From Octopus sinensis (Eukaryota), in NCBI RefSeq assembly GCF_006345805.1, contig NW_021835486.1:1-39947 (forward strand): a stretch of 39,947 bases of DNA, written 5' to 3'. Position 1 is the stretch's first letter; each line of letters starts with the position of its first letter. This document shows, in pieces, positions 1-11,062 of this stretch. The notes under the pieces were generated by a model, which was not told where the DNA came from, ran no database searches, and saw only the letters and a list, made by a program, of their open reading frames with translations. A program made the position numbers and the translations under genes.

Positions 1-870
1 CATTGATTGAAATGAGGTATAGGGAAGTGTGTGCTTGACTTTTGATCAATCACACGTTTTTGTGTAACAAGACGAGTAGAATTGGTTTGCTTCGTGTCTG
101 CTCCACAGGTTGGGGGTCTAAGTACAGTAATACGTCACTTTGTGAGATCCCAGCTTTATTTTTCAAGCACAAGATCCAAATTTTGAACGAAGGGCAAAAG
201 TCTCTGCTACCACAACAAATGCTTCTGCGTGATACTATTGAAAAGGTTGTAAGACGCAACGAAAATTTTAGGACAATTAAAATAAGAAAAAAGTGGATAT
301 TTTACCGGTGAGTGTGTTATATTATAAGGCACAAAAAAGGACTCTCCCCAGACATAACAGAATATGCTTCAACACTCGAACTCATGTAAAGAATCTTGCA
401 AACCAAATCCAAAAACGAAATAGCTCTAGACTTGTTTTTTGAAAAGGAATCTACAAGTCCATCTACGAGTGCTTGTGAATCAACGATCGCGTCTGCAAGT
501 GATTGTGTGCGCAAGTCTAGTGCGAGGGGAAAGTGATTCAGAAAACGATTATAATAGCAATATTTTTTTTATTACGAATGATCTTGACATTCTTTTTACT
601 TTCATAAAATATTCTTTACATTCTATTGTAATTTTATTGTCATTTATTCACGAGTATCATAAAGTTTTAGATAAAATATTTTTCTGGGAACAAATTACGA
701 TTCATAACGTTGTTACAATGCCATGCAGGCACTCTAATAATGCAAAACAAAGTGGTTGGGTGTCTTTTCGACTGCCATCCCCATTAGCCACTGAGCTGAC
801 CGCCTTTTATCTGTGACGGCGTATTTAACAATGTGAAACTAAATGCATTTAGTTTCGTGTCATTACAACA

Positions 871-887
871 TTCCCCCGCTTTTCTTT
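871..887 (-). promoter_or_regulatory. Polypurine tract of the Gypsy element, followed by the TG start of a putative 3' LTR (870 leftwards)
   Basis: Minus strand reads AAAGAAAAGCGGGGGAA then TGTTGTAATG, downstream of the integrase C-terminus. The far LTR end is uncertain (candidate ~708). Confidence 0.55.
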
Positions 888-1329
888 AAGCAATTCACAG
901 ACAAATAAAACTGGCAAAGGAAAATTGAAAATAGGTTTTTTCTCCCTCAAAGAAAGAAAAAAAAACTGTTTTGTTGCAAGAGCAATATGCAACATGCATT
1001 TCAAATAACATGAACAGTTTTATGGTACTAAGTTTTTGTAGCACTCTGATGTTTTCACTTGTGATTTTTTGCGGGGTTGGCATTGAGCATTTCTCATGCG
1101 TCTGACCATTATTTTGTGTTTCTGCATTATTATCAGGAGAAGCATTTATGATTTCTTTCCTTGAATCCTGTTGAGTAACATGTTCCGTGGAGTTTGTAGG
1201 ATCTGTAACCTGTTTCCTGGAGGTTGTAGGGTCTGTTGTTCGGTTGTCTGTCCCCATAGTGTTGGGTAATCTGGCAGGCATTTCAATCTGAGCAGTCTGT
1301 TCATACTGTTTGTCTATGCCTATACCAGT

Positions 1330-2129
1330 ATCTCTTATTTCTCGTCTGTTTCTCCGCAAATCTCCATCTGTTGTTTTCACAATGTAAGACCTCGGTTCTT
1401 CACATTGTCTTGCTATTTCTGCAGGTATCCAACGTTTGTTGTTTTTTTCAAGGATTTGTACAGGTTGTCCTGTGTGCAACGGAGGTTATTCCGTCTTTGC
1501 ATGCTGGTCATATGCAGTTTTCATTTGTATTTTCTTTTCTTCAAGAAGTTTTCTCTGTCTTTGAGTTTCAGGAGAATAGCTCCAGCGTAATGGATCTCAG
1601 CGGGAGACGGCATCTTTGAGTTTAATGGTGTGGCTCTTAGATTCAACAATCCATTTTTTAAGTCTTCTTTGCTTTGTTCCCATTTTTGGATTGTCTTTTT
1701 GATGGTCTGTACTTGTCTCTCTATGAATCTGTTTGATTGGGGGTGCCTTGGTGATGATGTAGTATGTTGAATTCCCCGCTCCTGTATGAATTATTGAAAT
1801 GGTTTTCTGGTATATTGAGGACCATTGTTGCTGAAGATTTCATCGAGTCTGCCAAAGAGAGACACAGTCTTTTTGAATTCCTCTGTGACTGCTTTGCTTG
1901 TGATTTGGCTGAGGTGAGTCACAATCGGAAATTTGGAGAAGTAGTCACAAATTAGCAGATAAGTTTTGCCGTTGATTTCAAATAGATCTGTTCCTAGTTT
2001 TTTCCATGGTGCACTGGGAATGTCACGAGGTGTCAGTGGCTCTTTGTTGTTGGAAGTTGCAAATCCTTGGTATATTTGACAGGATCTGCACATTTCTTTG
2101 ATGCCTTTGTTGATGTATTACCAATAGAC
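1330..2129 (-). pseudogene. Gypsy integrase relic (zinc-finger C2 half, DDE core, C-terminal region)
   Basis: VYW*YINKGIKEMCRSCQ...WKKLGTDLFEINGKTYLLICDYFSKFP...SNNGPQY (second catalytic D changed to N)...TSSPRHPQSNRFIERQVQTIK...LRATP...SPAEI; frameshift into WIPAEIARQCEEPRSYIVKTTDGDLRRNRREIR. Confidence 0.9.
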
Positions 2130-2540
2130 AGGCGTAGGAGTGGCTGTGTGGTAAGTAGCTTGTTTACCAACCACATGGTTACGGGTTCAGTCCCACTGCG
2201 TGGCACCTTGGGCAAGTGTCTTCTACTATAGCCTCGGGCCGACCAAAGCCTTGTGAGTGGATTTGGTAGACGGAAACTGAAAGAAGCCCGTCGTATATAT
2301 GTATATATATATATATGTATGCGTGTGTGTTTGTGTGTCTGTGTTTGTCCCCCTAGCATTGCTTGACAACCGATGCTAGTGTGTTTACGTCCCCGTCACT
2401 TAGCGGTTCGGCAAAAAGAGACCGATAGAATAAGTACTGGGCTTACAAAGAATAAGTCCCGGGGTCGAGTTGCTCGATTAAAAGGCGGTGCTCCAGCATG
2501 GCCGCAGTCAAATGACTGAAACAAGTAAAAAGAGTAAAAA
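2130..2540 (+). mobile_element. tRNA-derived SINE, family A (octopus-type), full length, inserted in the Gypsy element
   Basis: Head ggcgtaggagtggctgtgtggtaag, B-box-like ggttcagtccc, central (TA)/(TG) tract, tail gactgaaacaagtaaaaagag; about 15 copies in the window. Confidence 0.85.
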
Positions 2541-2587
2541 AAGCGAGACACCTTAACGAGTGTGAAGGCGTCTATTGGTCATACATC

Positions 2588-2857
2588 TTTTCTATCCCTT
2601 GACGAGAGGCGTGGAGCTGTACTAGAAAGTCCTATTGTAGAGGAGGAGGTATCAGCACTTGTGTCCCTTTGAAGACGATTCCATCTTCTACAGCCAATTT
2701 GTCTCCAAAAGACCAGTATGTCATTACATCGCCTGGGACTTGTTTGATGTTGTCTGGCCACCCACAAGTGATTGTTTCCATCGGTGTAGCAAAAGAAGAA
2801 TCTCTGCTGGTGAACTCCCACAGTTGGTAACGTTTGTTGATGGAAAAACTGACAACG
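2588..2857 (-). pseudogene. Gypsy pol relic, RNase H-integrase linker and H-H half of the zinc finger
   Basis: ITCGWPDNIKQVPGDVMTYWSFGDKLAVEDGIVFKGTQVLIPPPLQ*DFLVQLHASRQGIEK. Confidence 0.85.
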
Positions 2858-3038
2858 TGTAGGAGTGGCTGTGTGGTAAGTAGCTTGCTTACGAGCCACA
2901 TGGTTCCGGCTTCAGTCCCACTGCGTGACACCTTGGGCCAGTGTCTTCTTCAATAGCCTCAGGCCGACCAAAGCCTTATGAGTGGATTTGGTAGACGGAA
3001 ACTGAAAGAAGCCTGTCGTATATATGTGTATATATGTA

Positions 3039-3069
<31 letters not shown>

Positions 3070-3353
3070 TTATGTATGTATGTATTTATGTATCTATGTT
3101 TGTATCTATGTATGTATGTATCTATGTATGTATGTGTGTGTAAATGTTTGTGTGTCTGTGTTTGTCACCCCTCAACATCGATTGACAACCGATGCTGGTG
3201 TGTTTACGTCCCTGTAACTTAGCGGTTCGGCAAAAGAGACCAATAGAATAAGTACTAGGCTTACAAAGAATAAGTCATGGGGTCGACTTGCTCGACTAAA
3301 GGTAGTGCTCCAGCATGGCCGCAGTCAAATGACTGAAACAAGTAAAAGAGTAA
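2858..3353 (+). mobile_element. SINE family A with expanded central microsatellite
   Basis: Same head, body and tail as 2130-2540. Confidence 0.85.
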
Positions 3354-3890
3354 GATCAAATTCCGATTGGTGGATTTCTCTTGCAGTAAATTCGATCCTA
3401 TCCACTCTCAAGTCCAGGTCAGTGTCTTCATTGTCTTCACAGCTTGGAAAACGAGAGGCAGTGTAAGCCAATGTCATGGTGTGCTCTGGGCAGTATTTGA
3501 TTTTGAAATCATATCCCTGAATTTTCTGGAGCATCGGTTGTTGGGGTAGTGCTCAAAGAAGAGGGGTTTTTCTGCAATCACCTCCAGGGGTTTGTGGTCT
3601 GTGATGACTTGTGGAAACAAGTGATTCTGAATACCTATTTCTTTATTACCCACAAGGGGCTAAACACAGAGAGGACAAACAAGGACAGACAAACGGATTA
3701 AGTCGATTATATCGACCCCAGTGCGTAACTGGTACTTATTTAATACCACAGCCAGCATTTCGCGATCGATGTTTGGGTAGTTTGACTGAGTTTTGTCAAG
3801 GGCTTTTGATGCAAATGCTACAGGTTATCCATCTTGTACATTAGCTGCTCCAAGTCCTTTCAAAGAGCTGTCTACTTCTAATTGAATGAT
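3354..3890 (-). pseudogene. Gypsy RNase H relic (split by a SINE fragment at ~3630-3742)
   Basis: LEVDSSLKGLGAA.VQDG*PVAFASKALDKTQSNYPNIDREMLAVV ... VITDHKPLEVI ... MLQKIQGYDFKIKYCP..TMTLAYTASRFP. Confidence 0.85.
3630..3742 (-). mobile_element. SINE family B, 3' fragment
   Basis: acccacaaggggctaaacacagagaggacaaacaaggacagac...atcgaccccagtgcgtaactggtac; matches 4122-4310, 15650-15868 and 25405-25562. Confidence 0.75.
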
Positions 3891-4120
3891 CCTTTGTTCA
3901 AGTTCTTTTTCTTCAAACTCACGTTTTTTCCCTATTGTTTGGACTCTTGTAACAAAGCCATCAATTGTCTCATCATGTCGCTGTCTATCAGTTTAAGGCG
4001 ATGTATTCCGAAACTGGTGTTTGTCTTGACTTGTGCTTCAAACAATTTCCACAGTTTATTTGGGAATTTCTTGTCAGCGCCAGATGCATTCAGACGTTTG
4101 AATCCTTCACTTCCAATACC
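3890..4120 (-). pseudogene. Gypsy gag relic
   Basis: IGSEGFKRLNASGADKKFPNKLWKLFEAQVKTNTSFGIHRLKL, then frameshift to RQRHDETIDGFVTRVQTIGKKREFEEKELEQRII; resembles animal Gypsy gag N-terminal regions (from recall). Confidence 0.65.
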
Positions 4121-4121
4121 T

Positions 4122-4310
4122 ATTTCTTTACTACTCACAGAGAGGACAAACAAGGACAGACAAACGGATTAAGTCGATTACATCGACCCCAGTGCGTAAC
4201 TGGTACTTAATTTATCGACCCCGAAAGGATGAAAGGCAAAGTCGACCTCGGCGGAATCTGAACTCAGAACGTAACGGCAGACGAAATACGGTTACGCATT
4301 TCGCCTTCCA
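4122..4310 (-). mobile_element. SINE family B (central domain resembling Nin/Deu-type SINE cores)
   Basis: Minus strand ttctgagttcagattccgccgaggtcgactttgcctttcatcctttcggggtcgataaattaagtaccag. Confidence 0.75.
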
Positions 4311-4551
4311 ATACCACTTAATATTTTTAATGCTAAAGTGGTGAGCTGGCAGAATCGTTAGCACACCTGGCAAAATGCTTGGTGGCATTTCATCTGTCTG
4401 CACGTTTTGTGTTCAAATACCGTCAAGGTCGACTTTGCCATTCATCCTTTTGGGGTCGATTAAAAAAAAATCCCAGCCATGTACTGGAGGTTGATGTAAT
4501 AGATTATCCCCACCCCACCAAATTTCAAGTTTTGTACCTGTAGTAGAAAGG

Positions 4552-4623
<72 letters not shown>

Positions 4624-4866
4624 TATTAAGGTGGTGAGCTGGCATAATCGTTAGCACACCTGGCAAAATGCTTAGTGGCATTTCGTCTGTCTGCACGTTT
4701 TGTGTTCAAATTCCGTCAAGGTCGACTTTGCCATTCATCCTTTTGGGGGTCGATTAAAAAAAGTTCCAGTCAGGTACTGGGGGTTGATGTAATTGATTAT
4801 CCCCCTCCCCAAATTTCAAGTTTTGTACCTGTAGTAGAAAGGATTATTATTACTATTATTAGTATT

Positions 4867-5423
4867 GAGTGAGAGAGCAGTGCATGCCATCAAAGTGACA
4901 CTGGGGTAAAATATACGAAACCCAGTATACCCATCATGACTACCCGTCTGATAAGGGTACACCAGGCACATGCATCACAACCATATGTGCGCGACATGGT
5001 GATCTCATATCAAGATAAACAGCACATGACCTTACAGGTGGGGCCCAGTTAGAATTTTCTTCTGGTTGTGTAGCCCATCCCGCTCAAAAGGTCCCTGAAT
5101 AAGGGTTGTTTAAGGATGTTGAATGAAACACCCATGTTTCCAAAGGAGAATTATCCAAACCTCGAAGAATTCCTTTCAACACATGGCTATGATGCTCCCC
5201 CACTACTTCTGCTCGTGATCAGAGATGCACATATCGTCAGCCACTAAGGGACATGCTCAACTGGTTAAGATCAAACAACTGACAGGCAAATCTGTGGTAT
5301 TGAGCAGAATATTTGCTGTAGCCCATCTTTTATACCAAGACGAACAATGTACATGATAACACTTCCAATCAGTTAAGATCAGAAGCCATGAGATCTGCTG
5401 CTTGGTACTGCATCAGGGCATTT
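4867..5423 (-). mobile_element. Element D: ~555-bp non-coding retroposon-like element flanked on both sides by (AAT)n
   Basis: Same sequence and same ends at 26130-26681; truncated copies at 5694-6028 and 26811-27126. Confidence 0.7.
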
Positions 5424-5693
5424 ATTGTTATTATTATTATTATTATTATTTATTAAGGTGGTGTGCTGGCATAATCGTTAGCACACCTGGCAAAATGCTT
5501 GGTGGCATTTCGTCTGTCTGCACGTTTTGTGTTCAAATTCCGTCAAGGTCGACTTTGCCAATCATCATTTTGGGGTCGATTAAAAAAAAATCCCAGTCAG
5601 GTACTGGGGGTTGATGTAATTGATTATCCCCCCACCCAAATTTCAAGTTTTGTACCTGTAGTAGAAAGGATTATTATTACTATTATTATTATT

Positions 5694-6028
5694 GAGTGAG
5701 AGAGCAGTGCATGCCATCAAAGTGACACTGGGGTAAAATATACGAAGCCCAGTATACCCATCATGACTACCCGTCTGATAAGGGTACACTAGGCACATGC
5801 ATTCACAACCATATGTGCTCGACATCGTGATCTCACATCAAAATAAACAGCACATGACCTTGCAGGTGGGGCCCAGTTAGAATTTTCTTCAGGTTGAGTA
5901 GCCCATCCCACTCGAATGGTCCCTGAATAAGGGTTGTTTAAGGATGTTGAACGAAACACCCACGTTTCCAGAAGTGAATTATTCAAACCCCAAAGAATCC
6001 CTCTCAATACATGGCTATGATGCTCCCC
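5694..6028 (-). mobile_element. Element D, truncated copy
   Basis: Matches the first ~335 bp (plus strand) of 4867-5423, then (ATT)n. Confidence 0.7.
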
Positions 6029-6104
<76 letters not shown>

Positions 6105-7363
6105 TATTATTATTATTACCATTATTATTATTTATTAAGGTGGTGAGCTGGCAGAATCGTTAGCACACCTGGCAAAATGCTTGGTGGCATTTCGTCTGTC
6201 TGCACGTTCTGTGTTCAAATTCCGTCAAGGTCGACTTTGCCATTTTATCTTTTTGGGGTCGATTAAAAATAAAGTTCCAGTCAGCTACTGAGGGTTGATG
6301 TAATTGATTATCCCCCTCCTCAAATTTCAAGTTTTGTACCTGTAGTAGAATGGATTATTATTACTATTATTATTATTATTAATATTATTATTATTATTAT
6401 TATTATTATTGCTTGGCTAAAGCTGTAAGCATTCGCAAGAAACTTTTGGAGGGGCGCGGTTTACGAAAACTGAAAGGAGCTCTGTCTTTTCCGAGTAGGG
6501 AATTAGCTGGATTCTAGTTGGTTGGTGAGTTTTCACCTTCGGTTGGGCCTCTTGCTCTTATTTATACTTAAATGCATTTGTTTAGCGCAAACATTTTAAC
6601 ACGTTTTAATATATTCTAATACATTTTGTTCCCCACAACCAGCGCTCTTATCAAATAGATGTGCATTCCCACACGTATTGTAACCCTTTTTTAATGACAC
6701 ATTTTGTATTGTATCTATGGTCTATTGTGGCCAATAAAAAGGATTGTTATTACTATTAGAGCATAAATATAATGGAAATAGTTGAGTGCCTGATTTAATG
6801 TATTACAACAAAATATTCTGTTCGCTGCATAACGATAGATGTGAGTTTAATTACCCCCACCGACATCTACCTCACCTTTCATGCCTCCATTTAGAAGTAG
6901 TAAGCCACCAGAGAAATGAAGATTGCATTGACTTTATTTCTCTACTAAAATAATTGGCCAAAAATAATTGCTTTAGTAAGAAATAATTATGTTTTTATAT
7001 TCTCCTTGCTATGGTGTAAAGAGATGTGTTGTTGCCAAGTAGATGATGTTCTAAGTGTAGACCTCATGGGACACAGTTCAAATCTCTACTAAAATAATCG
7101 GTCTCTTTCTGTTGGCTTAACTGAGAAATAATTGGTACAGACAGGACGATAGTGCAGTTAAAGATTTTGTAAAAGTTAATTTATAGTTCAAATTTCTTTC
7201 TCACAACAAGGTACCTTGGTTGACAATCTTTACCGCAGCCCCAAGTCAGTCAACTCCTTGTAAGTGGAATTTGAGTTTTGGAAATTGTATGGAAGGATGG
7301 CAGATTGGACTGTATTTGTGCTTGTGTGATAAACTTTGCCCATCACCAGCTTAATGCGGATGT

Positions 7364-7610
7364 GCTTGGCTTAGTGGTTAGGGTGCTGGATTCATGATCA
7401 TAAGATTGTGGTTTCAATTCCTGGACCGGGCAACGCATTGTATTCTTGAGCAAAACACTTCATTTCACATTGCTCCAATCCATTCAGCAGGCAAAAATGA
7501 GTAATCCTGTAATGGACTGTTGTCCCATCCAGGTGGGGAAATTTATACACCATGAAACCAGGAAACTAGCCCTTATGAGCTGGCACGGCTCAAGAAGATA
7601 ACTTTACCTC
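7364..7610 (+). mobile_element. Older tRNA-derived SINE (CORE/V/Meta-like body)
   Basis: tggcttagtggttagggtg A-box-like, ggtttcaattcc B-box-like, ttcttgagcaaaacactt; related to 32655-33060. Confidence 0.6.
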
Positions 7611-7696
7611 TACCATCATTGATTTAACAGCACCCATTGGAACTTAGGTGACTTTAGCAGTATTCACTCTGTTGGAAGCATTCAAACTGAGTCTAG

Positions 7697-8172
7697 GACA
7701 TTTACACCCTCTAGGACAATAACCCCCACCCCAAGGACAACAACCTCCCTAGGACAATTACCCACTAGGACAACCACCCCCTAGGACAATTACCCCCAGG
7801 ACAATTACCCACTAGGACAATTAACCACTAGGACAATTAACCACTAGGACAATTAACCACTAGGACAACTACCCACTAGGACAATTACCCACTAGGACAA
7901 CCACCCCCAAGGACAATTACCCACCAGGACAACCACCCACTAGGACAATTACCCATCAGGACAATTACCCACTAGGACAATTAACCACTAGGACAACCAC
8001 CCCTAGGGCAATTACCCACTAGGACAATTAACCACCAGGACAATTAACCACTAGGACAATTACCCACTAGGACAACCACCCCCTAGGACAATTACCCACT
8101 AGGACAATTACTCCCTAGGGCAATTACCCACTAGCAAAATTACCCACAAGGACAACCACCCACTAGGACAAC
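7697..8172 (+). repeat. 16-bp minisatellite (AGGACAATTACCCACT)n, about 30 copies
   Basis: Direct reading; variants ggacaaccaccccct and ggacaattaaccact. Confidence 0.9.
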
Positions 8173-8321
8173 ATTAATTTTGATTCATGTACCATTTTGT
8201 TATTAAGGCATCTAGCATCTTCTCTAGTGAGTTGGTTTTGTGAAATTTTCATGTAACCGAGGTGGCGTTTGGAACTTGAAGAAGTTCATGTACATGCTTG
8301 TTTTTTAAAAACAATATGTGC

Positions 8322-8597
8322 TGTCATGGCTGTGTGGTAAGAAGCTTGCTTCCCAACTACAAGGTTCCAGGTTCAGTCCCACTGCATGGCACCTAGGGCA
8401 AGTGCCTTCCACTATTGTGAGTAGATTTGGTAGACAGAAACTGAAAAAAGTCTCTCATATATATGTGCATGTGTGTTTGTCCCTGTAACTTAGCAGTTCA
8501 GCAAAAGAGACTGATGGAATAAGTCCTGGGGTTGGTTTCCTCTACTTTAAGATGGTGCTCCTCAGTCAGGTAACTGAAACAAGTGAAAGAATAAAAT
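8322..8597 (+). mobile_element. SINE family A, degenerate and internally deleted
   Basis: tggctgtgtggtaagaagcttgc...gactgaaacaagtg-like tail. Confidence 0.75.
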
Positions 8598-9034
8598 AGT
8601 TCTTCAAATCAAAGAAGGAGATGGCTTTCGGAAAAGCCGTTATGAAGCAGTTTCTCACCACTCCGTGCTACTGTTAACAGAGAATGCATAATTAACAATA
8701 GCAATGACAACAACAACAACAATAGTGACAAACATGACAAAAACCATTGAAAGAAACCTGACCTTCTCCACCAGCACAAACTTTAATACAATAAAAACTC
8801 TGTAAACCCCAAGGCTTGCATACAAAGTGGGAACAGGTTTGGAAATGTATGCAGAAAACTAAAGCCAGTTCATCAGGATACGAATTCAGAAATGCAAAAC
8901 ACATTTTAATGTGGATGGCAAAATGATTCCTACACCTCACAGCAAATTCTAGAGGAAACCCAAAAGGATTGGACAAAAAATTAGATGATCTGAGTAGAAT
9001 GAACAATGCAGGACCAGATTGAAAAGTGCCATAA

Positions 9035-9256
9035 CCCTTTCGTTACCGACTCGGCTGAAACCGGTTCTAACTCTGTTGTACAAATGTCCTGTTTTCATAA
9101 GTTTTGAATTAAAATCTTCCCCCAAACCTTAGTTACAATTTATGTTCCTAATTCTAGCTTAATGATAACCAAGTTATTTCACTAAATTCTTTGTTACATT
9201 TAAAATTAATTGAAAGAAACACAGAGCATCTCAACAGAATTATAGTAATGAAAGGG
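9035..9256 (+). mobile_element. ~222-bp TTAA-flanked MITE (piggyBac-like)
   Basis: TIR ccctttcgttac...gtaatgaaaggg, flanks ATAA/TTAA; seven copies in the window. Confidence 0.85.
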
Positions 9257-9427
9257 TTAAGTCATGGCTAAAATTGAAACAGACCTAATTAGGTCTGAAG
9301 AAGTTACCAAATTCTTAGAACTCCATATACAGAATTATGTAAAACCTTTAGTATTAATATAACTCAACTAACAAATAAGATCAGTTGAACCCAGTTGATT
9401 ATCTTAAGGAATATCTCATCCTCTTAA

Positions 9428-10022
9428 CCCTTATGTTACCAACATGGCTGAAACCAGCTCTGGCTCTGAGTTCAAATGTCTTGTTTTCATAAGTTTTGAA
9501 TTAAAATTTTCCACCAAACCTTAGTCACAGTTTATGTTCCTAACACTCGCTGAATGATAACTAAGTTATTTTTGCAAAATTCTTTGTTATATCCAAAATA
9601 ATTGAGAGAAAGACAGAACATCTCAAAATATATACAGTAACGAAAGGGTTAAGAAGAAAAATAATCAGCAGAAGACATGAGAGAAGGAGACCTCAATGTG
9701 GTCACTCTATATGCTAGAAATAGTAACCTAAATTTCCTTCAATCCACACCCTTCCAACGACTTCTAATGTGCATCTGCCCAAATGTAAAGGCGTGTTTAA
9801 CCCTTTTGATACCAACCCGACTAAAACCACCTCTGGCTCTGTAGTACAAATGTCTTGTTTTCGTAAGTTTTGAATTAAAATCTTCCACCAAAACTTAGTC
9901 ACAAATTATGTTCCTAAAACTAGCTTAATGATAACTAAGTTATTTTACAAAAATTCTTTGTTATATCCAAAAGAATTGAGAGAAAGACAGAACATCTCAA
10001 AATAAATACTGTAACGAAAGGG
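9428..10022 (+). mobile_element. MITE (9428-9648) + 144-bp spacer + MITE (9801-10022) composite
   Basis: All four MITE ends are TTAA-flanked; reverse-complement match to 14846-15441. Confidence 0.8.
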
Positions 10023-10147
10023 TTAAACCAACCTGGAGCTCAAAAGCTGTGCTATTTTGACTCATTCGAGAAAATGTTTCAAACTAAACACACAAATGAA
10101 TATTTGACAACATTAGATTACCTGAACTCCACTAGATTTATACATAC

Positions 10148-10522
10148 CAGGCGTAGGAGTGGCTGTGTGGTAAGTAGCTTGCTAACCAACCACATGGTTC
10201 TGGGTTCAGTTCCACTGCGTGGCATCTTGGGCAAGTGTCTTCTGCTATAGCCCCGGGCCGACCAATGCCTTGTGAGTATGTATATATATATGTATGTATG
10301 TGTGTGTATGTGTTTGTGTGTCTGTGTTTGTCTTCCTAGCATTACTTGACAACCGATGCTGGTGTGTTTACGTCCCCGTCACTTAGCGATTCGGCAAAAG
10401 AGACCGATAGAATAAGTACCGGGCTTACAAAGAATAAGTCCCGGGGTCGATTTGCTCGACTAAAGGCAGTACTCCTGCATGGCCGCAGTCAAATGACTGA
10501 AACAAGTAAAAGAGTAAAAGAG
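10148..10522 (+). mobile_element. SINE family A with ~35-bp internal deletion
   Basis: Consensus head and tail; lacks gatttggtagacggaaactgaaagaagc. Confidence 0.85.
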
Positions 10523-10769
10523 ATACCTTGATCAGAGAGTTGGAAAAGTAAAAGCAGCAGAGGTCCCACCTGAAGCAAAATGCCTTCTTGCTTGTGGCAG
10601 GTGTAACATACGACAGAAAATTAATGAAATCTTCTGGAAATTGGGAATGGAAAAATTTTCAGGCACAGGGATGGAACTATTTTTCCAAACATAACAAGAT
10701 ATCACAGAGGCCATCCCAAATGGTTTTCTGTTTTGCAAGTACTTTTAGGACAGAAGGTTGAAATTTCCT

Positions 10770-10990
10770 GGTATAGTTTCTATGGCTAGATGCCCTTCCT
10801 AATGCCAACCACTTAGCACCCAGCACATTCTGTTAAGTGGTTGGCATTAGGAAGGGCATGCAGCCATAGAAACCATGCCACAACAGACAGTTGGAGCTTG
10901 AACAGCTCCCTCCTCGCCAGCTCCATGTCTGCATGTAACGTAGACATTAAACGATGATGATGATGAGGGGATGCAAACCATGTAAGTTCT
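10770..10990. mobile_element. Head-to-head pair of RTE-tailed SINE fragments forming a hairpin; plus copy ends in (GAT)n
   Basis: agtggttggcattaggaagggcat on both strands; tail acattaaacgatgatgatgatga. Confidence 0.7.
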
Positions 10991-11062
10991 TTTGCATTCA
11001 CTACAAAAAAGGAGGAGGACTTCTTCACCACAACAGCAGCAGACCCCCAAGCAGCAACAAGA

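Larger units (their letters stand above)
871..4120 (-). mobile_element. Decayed Ty3/Gypsy LTR retrotransposon (gag / RNase H / integrase relics), interrupted by three SINE insertions
   Basis: Ordered minus-strand motifs with stops and frameshifts: gag-like, VDSSLKGLGAA, TDHKPL, GWP..YW..L.VEDG, CRSCQ, GTDLF, TSSPRHPQSN.FIER, PRSYIV..G..RRNRR. Confidence 0.9.
4335..6410 (+). repeat. Tandem cluster of four SINE family C copies (~4335, 4627, 5454, 6136), each ending in (ATT)n, interleaved with two D elements
   Basis: Each begins aaggtggtgagctggcagaatcgttagcacacctggcaaaatgc and ends gtacctgtagtagaaaggattattatt; same core as family B. Confidence 0.85.

Noticed and set aside
42-816. Short ORFs at the window start
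   Set aside because: No recognisable domains; possibly a decayed element but unsupported
2130-2215. tRNA genes at SINE heads
   Set aside because: Only A/B-box-like remnants with no cloverleaf, continuing into SINE bodies
6411-6700. Possible Gypsy 5' LTR
   Set aside because: No convincing match to the sequence left of 870 and no PBS identified
8600-9030. Coding-looking stretch with an (AAC)n run
   Set aside because: Multiple stops in every plus frame and no recognisable motif; a translated search would be needed
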